From assembly GCA_965203295.1 (NCBI GenBank), contig CBDBCZ010000016.1, positions 128,001-192,000 on the forward strand: a stretch of 64,000 nt of DNA, written 5' to 3'. Shown one piece after another: positions 55,801 through 64,000 of the stretch. This DNA comes from Nitrospirales bacterium. Its GTDB lineage: Bacteria; Nitrospirota; Nitrospiria; Nitrospirales; UBA8639. Within the stretch, counting starts at the first letter, position 1, and every line of letters starts with the position of its first letter. A program made the translations under genes and the position numbers. Under the pieces are notes generated by a model. That model had not been told where the DNA came from, searched no databases, and saw only the letters and a list, made by a program, of their open reading frames with translations.

Positions 55801-58800
55801 AACATATTGAGACAGAAGCTACAATTAAACAGGTGAGTTTACCTATTTTTATGTTTTTATGGATTGGTCTTTATACCTCTGTATTTCTATCTTCTTAAGC
55901 CTGTATTGTATTTGCCCAACTAACACCAGCCAAACTAAATGAGCTTTTAAATCTTGAACACATTGTAACCCTAGGCTAATAAAGAGAGTCAGAACAATGG
56001 TATCTAGTTTCTTTTGATGAGAGTGTTAGCGTGAGACCAAGATCACTGAAATTTTGCTAATCTTACTCTATCATCCTAAGCCTGTATTGTATTTGCCCAA
56101 CTAACACCAGCCAAACTAAATGAGCTTTTAAATCTTAAACACATTCTAACCCTAGGCTAAAAAGACAGGCAGAGAATTGGTATGTCGTTTCTTTTCATGA
56201 GAGTGTTAGTGTGAGACCAACAACTCTGAAATTGTACTAAGCTTACCTTATCTTCCTTAAGCCTGTATTGTATTTGACCAACTAACACATGCCAAGCTAA
56301 ATGAGCTTTTAAATCTTGAACACATTCTAACCTAAAGAGAGTCAGAGAAATTGTATGTAGTTCCTTTTTATGAGAGTTAGTGTGAGACTAAGAACAGTAA
56401 AATTGGACTAATCTTACTAAATATACTGGTGTGTCCAAACCCTACAATTATATTGACAGCTATTTCTCCTAAATATGTAGAATATCCAGTGGAGAAAATT
56501 AACCTGAAGGAACATATTCAGACAGAAGCTACAATTAAACAGGTGAGTTTATTTTTCTGTTTTTATGGGTTGGTCTTTATACCTCTGTATTTGTATCTTC
56601 TCAAGCCTGTATTGTATTTGACCAACTAAAACTAACCAAACTAAATGAGCTTTTAAATCTTGAACACATTGTAATCCTAGGCTAATGAAGCAAGTCAGAA
56701 AAATGGTATCTAGTTTCTTTTGATGAGAGTGATAGTGTGAGACCAAGAACTCTGAATTTTTTCTAATCTTACCCTATCTTCCGAAGCCTGTATTGTATTT
56801 GACCAACTAACACCAGCCAAACTAAATGAGCTTTTAAATCTTGAACACATTCTAAACCTAAGCTAAAAAGAGAGTCAGAGAATTGGTATGTAGTTTCTTT
56901 TGATGAGAGTGTTAGTGTGAGACCAACAACTCTGAAATTGTACTAATCTTACCTTATCTTTCTAAAGCCTGTATTGTATTTGACCAACTAACACCAGCCA
57001 AACTAAATGAGCATTTAAATCTTGAACACATTCTAACCCTAGGCTAATAAAGAGAGTCAGAGAAATGCTATGTAGTTTCTTTTAATGAGAGTTAGTGTGA
57101 GACCAAGAACAGTGAAATTGGACTACTTATACTGGTGTGTCCAAACCCTACAATTATATTGACAACTATTTCTCCTAAATATGTAGAATATCCAGTGAAG
57201 AAAATTAATCTGAAGGAACAAATTCAGACAGAAGCTACAATTCAATAGGTGAGTTAACATATTTGTCTGTTTTTATGGGTTGGTCTTTATACCTCTGAAT
57301 TTCTATCTTCTTAAGCCTGTATTGTATTTGACCAACTAAAACTAACCAAACTAAATGAGCTTTTAAATCTTGAACACATTGTAAACTTAGGCTAATGAAG
57401 CAAGTCGGACAAATGGTATCTAGTTTCTTTTGATGAGAGTGTTAGTGTGAGACCAAGAACTCTGAATTTTTTTCTAATCTTTCCCTATCTTCCTAAGCCT
57501 GTATTGTATTTGACCAACTAACACTAACCAAACTAAATGAACATTTAAATCTTGAACACATTGTAATCCTAGGCTAATGAAGCAAGTCAGAAAAATGGTA
57601 TCTAGTTTTTTTGATGAGAGTGTTAGTGTGATACCAAGAACACTGAAATTTTGCTAAACTTTCCCTATCTTCATAAGCCTTTGACCAACTGACACCAGCC
57701 AAACTAAATGAACTTTTAAATCTTGAACACATTGTAATCCTAGGCTAATGAAGCAAGTCAGAAAAATGGTATCTAGTTTCTTTTGATGAGAGTGTTAGTG
57801 TGAGACCAAGAACTCTGAATTTTTTCTAATCTTACCCTATCTTCCGAAGCCTGTATTGTATTTGACCAACTAACACCAGCCAAACTAAATGAGCTTTTAA
57901 ATCTTGAACACATTCTAAACCTAAGCTAAAAAGAGAGTCAGAGAATTGGTATGTAGTTTCTTTTGATGAGAGTGTTAGTGTGAGACCAACAACTCTGAAA
58001 TTGTACTAATCTTACCTTATCTTTCTAAAGCCTGTTTTGTATTTGACCAACTAACACCAGCCAAACTAAATGAGCATTTAAATCTTGAACACATTCTAAC
58101 CCTAGGCTAATAAAGAGAGTCAGAGAAATGCTATGTAGTTTCTTTTAATGAGAGTTAGTGTGAGACCAAGAACAGTGAAATTGGACTACTTATACTGGTG
58201 TGTCCAAACCCTACAATTATATTGACAACTATTTCTCCTAAATATGTAGAATATCCAGTGAAGAAAATTAATCTGAAGGAACAAATTCAGACAGAAGCTA
58301 CAATTAAACAGGTGAGTTTACCTATTTGTCTGTTTTTTACAGGTTGGTCTTTATGCCTCTGTATTTCTATCTTCTTAAGCCTCTATTGTATTTGACCAAC
58401 TAACACTAACCAAACTAAATGAACTTTTAAATTTTGAACACATTGTAATCCTAGGCTAATGAAGCAAGTCAGAACAATTCTATCTAGTTTCTTTTGATGA
58501 GAGTATTAGTGTGAGACCAAGAACACTGAAATTTTGCTAATCTTTCCCTATCTTCCTAAGCCTGAATTGAATTTGACCAACTAACACCAGCCAAACTAAA
58601 TGAGCTTTTAAATCTTGAACACATTGTAATTTTAGGCTAATGAAGCAAGTCAGAACAATGGTATCTAGTTTCTTTCGATGAGAGTGTTAGTGTGAGACCA
58701 ACAACTCTGAAATTTTGCTAATCTTACCCTATCATCCTAAGCCTGTATTGTATTTGCCCAACTAACACCAGCCAAACTAAATGAGCTTTTAAATCTTGAA

Positions 58801-60223
58801 CACATTCTAACCCTAGGCTAATAAAGAGAGTCAGAGAAATTGTATGTAGTTTCTTTTGATGAGAGTTAGTTTAAGACCAAGAACAGTGAAATTGGACTAA
58901 TCTTACTACTTATACTGGTGTGTCCAAACCCTACAATTATATTGACAGCTATTTCTCCTAAATATGTAGAGTATCCAGAGAAGAAAATTAACCTGAATGA
59001 ACATATTCAGACAGAAGGTACAATTAAACAGGTGAGTTTACCTATTTTTCTGTTTTTATGGGTTGGTCTTTATACCTCTGTATTTCTATCTTCTCAAGCC
59101 TGTATTGTATTTGACCAACTAAAACTAACCAAACTAAAAGAGCTTTTAAATCTTGAACACATTGTAATCCTAGGGTAATGAAGCAAGTCAGAAAAATGGT
59201 ATCTAGTTTCTTTTGATGAGAGTGTTAGTGTGAGACCACGAACTCTGAATTTTTTCTAATCTTACCCTATCTTCCGAAGCCTGTATTGTATTTGACCAAC
59301 TAACACCAGCCAAACTAAATGAGCTTTTAAATCTTGAACACATTCTAAACCTAAGCTAAAAAGAGAGTCAGAGAATTGGTATGTAGTTTCTTTTGATGAG
59401 AGTGTTAGTGTGAGACCAACAACTCTGAAATTGTACTAATCTTACCTTATCTTTCTAAAGCCTGTTTTGTATTTGACCAACTAACAGCAGCCAAACTAAA
59501 TGAGCATTTAAATCTTGAACACATTCTAACCCTAGGCTAATAAAGAGAGTCAGAGAAATTGTATGTATTTTCTTTTTATGAGAGTTAGTTTAAGACCAAG
59601 AACAGTGAAATTGGACTAATCTTACTACTTATACTGGTGTTTCCAAACCCTACAATTATATCGACAGCTATTTCTCCTAAATATGTAGAATATCCAGTGA
59701 AGAAAATTAACCTGAAGTAACATATTCAGACAGAAGCTACAATTAAACAGGTGAGTTTACCTATTTTTCTGTTTTTATGGGTTGGTCTTTATGCTTCTGT
59801 GTTTGTATCTTCTTAAGCCTGTATTGTATTTGACCAACTAAAACTAACCAAACTTAATGAGCTTTTAAATCTTGAACACATTGTAATCCTAGGCTAATGA
59901 AGCAAGTCAGAACAATTGTATCTAGTTTCTTTTGATGAGAGTGTTAGTGTGAGACCAAGAACTCTGAAATTTTACCCTATCTTCCTAAGCCTGTATTGTA
60001 TTTGACTAACTAACACCAGCCAAACTAAATGAGCTTTTAAATCTTGAACACATTCTAAACGTAAGCTAAAAAGAGAGTCAGAGAATTGGTATGTAGTTTC
60101 TTTTGATGAGAGTGTTAGTGTGAGACCAACAACTCTGAAATTTTTCTAATCTTACCCTATCTTCCTAAGCCTTTAATTGTATTTGACCAACTAACACCAG
60201 CCAAACTAAATGAGCTTTTAAAT
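52840..60223 (+). repeat. Complex satellite, block 3 (forward)
   Basis: Same L and S modules, ending abruptly at ..GAGCTTTTAAAT|TACTGG. Confidence 0.98.
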
Positions 60224-60272
60224 TACTGGAGTAGCATCAAGAAACACACAACTCCATGTGGCCAGAGTCAAA

Positions 60273-63200
60273 CCTGCTGTAGTTGTTGAGTCACTCTTTC
60301 AATGTCCTCTTTCAGATGTGTGTTCTCCTCCACCAGTGTTGTCACAGCACTGGTAGCTGCTTCAGGGCTGATGTCAGTGCTCTGAGACAGCCCGTTGGAG
60401 GCTAGTGTAACCAGCTGCTCACATAAAGTGGACATCTGTATGCACAAGAGGCATACACACGCAACAGGGGTATACATAACACCGGCACCCATACACAATG
60501 ACATATGCATAGCATAAACAAGTTATTCTCAAGCAGCCAGCCTGCGATATAATCTCACACCATGTAGCATTGGGCATGACTGTGGCTCTCCGTAGTGATT
60601 CATGAGATTGAAAAGCTGTCATACAGTATATTTCTTCATTCTATTATCACTGGAGGTCAACATGTTTCTCACCTCGTAATGGACAAACATAGCCTGAAAG
60701 CAGTTGGTGAGTACATATTCACACTATTATCCAACGACCGATCAATGTTATATGATATACGTAACCCGGCCTAGTACATTAGAGTATTTTACAAAAGGAT
60801 ATTCGCATGTGTACCTTTATGTTTCGCTTTATCAAGTATGGTTACTCTCTCTCTCTTTTGCTTCTGAAACTTGGTCTTCTAAAAATCTTGTGATTTAAGC
60901 TGTCAACCTAATGAGAAGATGAGAGCTTGACAGTGTTACATACATGAACGATAAACCTACAAAACAGCCATGTGGTTTCAATTTAATACTACTTACCTGT
61001 TTAGCTGTAGCATTCTCTTCTTGGTAATTTCAGATTTCCTCTTTCATTCATTACCGCTGAGCTTCTCTTCATTAGCTTGGCTTTGTTTTAATCTCTAAAG
61101 AACAGGAAGCTGAATATCAGCTTATCATTCGCAAAATCATGTCTTGTACGTAGTAAAACTATGTCAGTCATGTACTTTAACGATTTGAGGACAGTGCACA
61201 GTGCATAAATCTAACATCTATTGTTACGTAAGTTTGAACACCCACACATATACATATGCACCGCAGCAGCTGGAAGTATAGCTTCCAGTGCAAACATAGA
61301 CGTACATGCATACAAGAGCTGTATGTACACAGAATCACCATACCCAATGTTATGTACATGACACACATATGTATACAGTGCACATGATGCTGACCTGCTT
61401 TTGAAGGGAAGCATTAATTAGATGTACGTCTTTCTCTACACTCTTGTTTCAGTTGAGAGGAGCGCCTTGCAGAAAGTTTGCTCTCCTACTGTAATCTCCG
61501 GTTTTCCTGAGTCAGTGAAGTCACAGTGGCATCCTTGCCCATCAGCTCTTTCCAGAGTGAAGAGCTACGGCTAGTAGCAGACTGCAGTTGGCTCTCAGTG
61601 TCAGCTAGCTGTTAAAGATAACAATTCACAAGTTCCATACACTCTTATGGTAGTAGACTACTGTCAAGGAAGCATGTTGCATAGCACGTGACAGTCATAC
61701 ATGCTGCATGTACAACAGTGTAGACGTAATATGAGACAGTCATACTTGCTCTAACATACTGCATGTATAGCAGTGTATGAATGGTACTGTAGACAAGACT
61801 CTCCCTTTTGGATAAACGTGTGGTCTACAGTAGACCGTAGTATGCCACATGCTTTGAATGCAAGTTTCAACATGCACCTGCCCATGCTGTTGACCAAATG
61901 TGTAATTAACATACATACATGTACGTAAGTACGTATATACATACAGGTTTATACTGTCAGTGATACAGACCTGTTTTCTTCAGCATTTCTACACCAGATA
62001 TCATTTCTTGCAAAAGATTTTCAAATGATTCCAGGTGCTCCTCCATAGAAACATAGCTACGTATGCAAAACATTGTATACATTACTTTGAAACTAACTGT
62101 GAAAGCACCACAACTACATGAAACATGAACAGTTTAACATGAAACGATTAGTCTGCAGCAGAGAGTAACCCAAACTAGTAAAGTCTATTACAAGCTAAAG
62201 ATGAAAAATGTGTGTGTGTGTTTCATATGCATGATGCCCATGCAGCCTTGACAGGGTTAGTTCAGAGCTATACGCAGTCTCTACAATATTTCTGCTCTGC
62301 TTTCCAATAATTTATGTACCACAGATCTAGAATAATGGTATTGAATGTCCGACTCAAATGAAACCAATAGTGCAGACTTACATTCCAACAAATCGAACCT
62401 ACCGTGCCTATTCCTTCCTTGGTGTGGAGAACTGGGATCTGATACAGTTGTATTGAAATGGGCTAAACGAAAAAGAAGAAGGAAATACGTTGCTTGAGGC
62501 TGCTTCTCTGCTAGCAACTGCATCTAAAAATTACATATCACTGGCTGACGGCAGTTGCCAATACGTATGCATGCGTAACAGACTGTGACTAAGGATTTTG
62601 TTAAAAGGTGATAGTCACTGGTATGTGTTAGCAGTAGTCGTGTTATAGACAGCTAAAGTAAAGTAAAGCCAAAAACAGTGATAACTGATGAGGCCTAATA
62701 AAGTGTTCAGATGTGCAGGTCTGCTCTGCAACATACTCCATAATGATCTCACACTAAGGCCTAGCCACACTTATCACTCTATGCCAGCTGACCACTCAAG
62801 AGTCACTACTCTGGCAATATTGTAATGTTGCTAGCAGTTGCACACAATTTGGAAATCCTGTCCATATCTTTACAGGTGGTCTGACTTGCACAGTGTTTAC
62901 ACACTACATACACGTTCCTGTGACAAACTCTCGCAATTAATTCATCCTCCAGTATAGAATTGACATGTACATGGACATGTCTACAGCTACATCTACTTGT
63001 ACACGTACATAGCAAGTAGCTCAGCTGAAAGCTGAAGAGTTTGCGATGTACATGTAATACACACTGTGCAAATATGCATATTACTATAGGACTAGACTCG
63101 TGACAAGACCAAGTGACTATCGGAGGCCAGTTTCATAGACTGAGACGGAAGGTTAAATCATACACCAGATCTTGAGTGTCTCTCCAGAGCAATACAGCTT

Positions 63201-63870
63201 GTGATAAACCTCAAACTTCAGTTACTCTTGCCAACTTCCACATGTCTGTACCACTAGGGACAGGTCAAAGGGCATGCGCACTATTATTATAATTATCATA
63301 TACACGTAATTAAGTGTCGACCCATCAATGAGAATAGATATATGCCCACAGCTTCTACAAGTACGTAACTGTTTACGTCTATCACCCTGTATGTTGCGGC
63401 ATGTACATATGCTCATTGTCGTTGAAGAGTCCTGTCATTACTGACATTACATAGTGAACAAGATAACAGAAGCTGTAGTACATGTACATGTAGTTCCAAA
63501 CACTCTGGCCACTGAATTAGTAGTGCATAATAACGTAGCTACGTGCAGACACTACTGTAAAACCATTGGAATATTGACTGTAATTCACAGCTAGCCCTAT
63601 GTCTCAGTATTCAGCGCGGGGTACGTCTTCTTGAAGACCTCTAGTTAGTATTAATTCTATTTCAAAGTTACTAGCTCCAACCACCTAGTCTTAATGAAGA
63701 AGCCTTTTAAGTAAAGAATGGTACACACTACAAGTTGAGAAACACGCACAGTTGTGCTAATTGCAGTCAGTACTGAGACAGAAGTGATATACTCAAAGGT
63801 AGATGTGGCTTACCAGATTCAGTTGAAAAGCCTTCCTCTCCTCACATTCCAATTCCATTTCTTCCTTATC
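60273..63870 (-). pseudogene. Degraded multi-exon gene for a coiled-coil-rich protein (begins outside the window or near its end)
   Basis: GT-AG bounded exons: ~63870-63815 (DKEEMELECEERKAFQLNL), ~62055-61971 (MEEHLESFENLLQEMISG..), ~61608-61428 (LADTESQLQS..RRLQ*ESK), ~61095-60997 (RLKQSQANEEK.., with stop/frameshift) and ~60434-60273 (..LVEENTHLKEDIERVTQQLQQ). Confidence 0.6.
63612..63646 (+). mobile_element. 3' terminus of a Helentron/HINE related to the 8717-9302 element
   Basis: CAGCGCGGGGTA, hairpin GTCTTC-TT-GAAGAC, then CTCTAGTT. Same layout as 9268-9302; a nearby 5' end was not found. Confidence 0.6.
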
Positions 63871-64000
63871 CTGGAAGTGAAATGCAGTATTAATTTTCAC
63901 TAAATATTGGGATAAATAGCTGCAGTAGTAGACAGCTACTAGGAAAATTGCATACATAACTATGTACAGTCTAAACTACTTACTTCAAGAACGTTCTTGC

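Noticed and set aside
13850..59178. Dozens of ~65-aa 'MCPNPTIILTTISPKYVEYPVKK..' ORFs as a small-protein gene family
   Set aside because: They start at GTG/TTG in eukaryotic DNA, read through apparent intron sequence and are often frameshifted. They simply reflect the L module.
11530..60223. CRISPR-like array
   Set aside because: There are no unique spacers and no cas genes; the whole unit is repeated and the context is eukaryotic.
61055..61082. Resemblance of GCTAATGAAGAGAAGCTCAG in the coiled-coil exon to the S micro-exon
   Set aside because: The match is too short and low in complexity, and the flanks do not align.

Overview
This is eukaryotic, AT-rich animal DNA with short GT-AG introns. 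The repeat and gene style suggests a demosponge or other marine invertebrate (inference only). About 48.7 kb (11.5-60.2 kb) is one complex satellite built from two ~180-bp modules, L and S. L carries a canonically bounded 62-nt 'exon' and S a 25-nt 'micro-exon', which together would splice in frame (87 nt, 29 aa). The central ~28.4 kb of the array is inverted. Its breakpoints are marked by the separated 5' and 3' parts of a piggyBac-type transposon, and both ends abut a TTAA at the same satellite position. The left 11.5 kb is a nest of DNA elements: a ~6.4-kb TGT..ACA (Ginger-like) element carrying a spliced UBZ-finger plus truncated Ulp1-protease gene and a 119-bp satellite built from its own TIR motif, two MITEs and a Helentron-type HINE. 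The right 3.8 kb holds a degraded minus-strand coiled-coil gene. Most short ORFs in the supplied track are read-through artefacts of the satellite. All alignments and splice models were done by eye.
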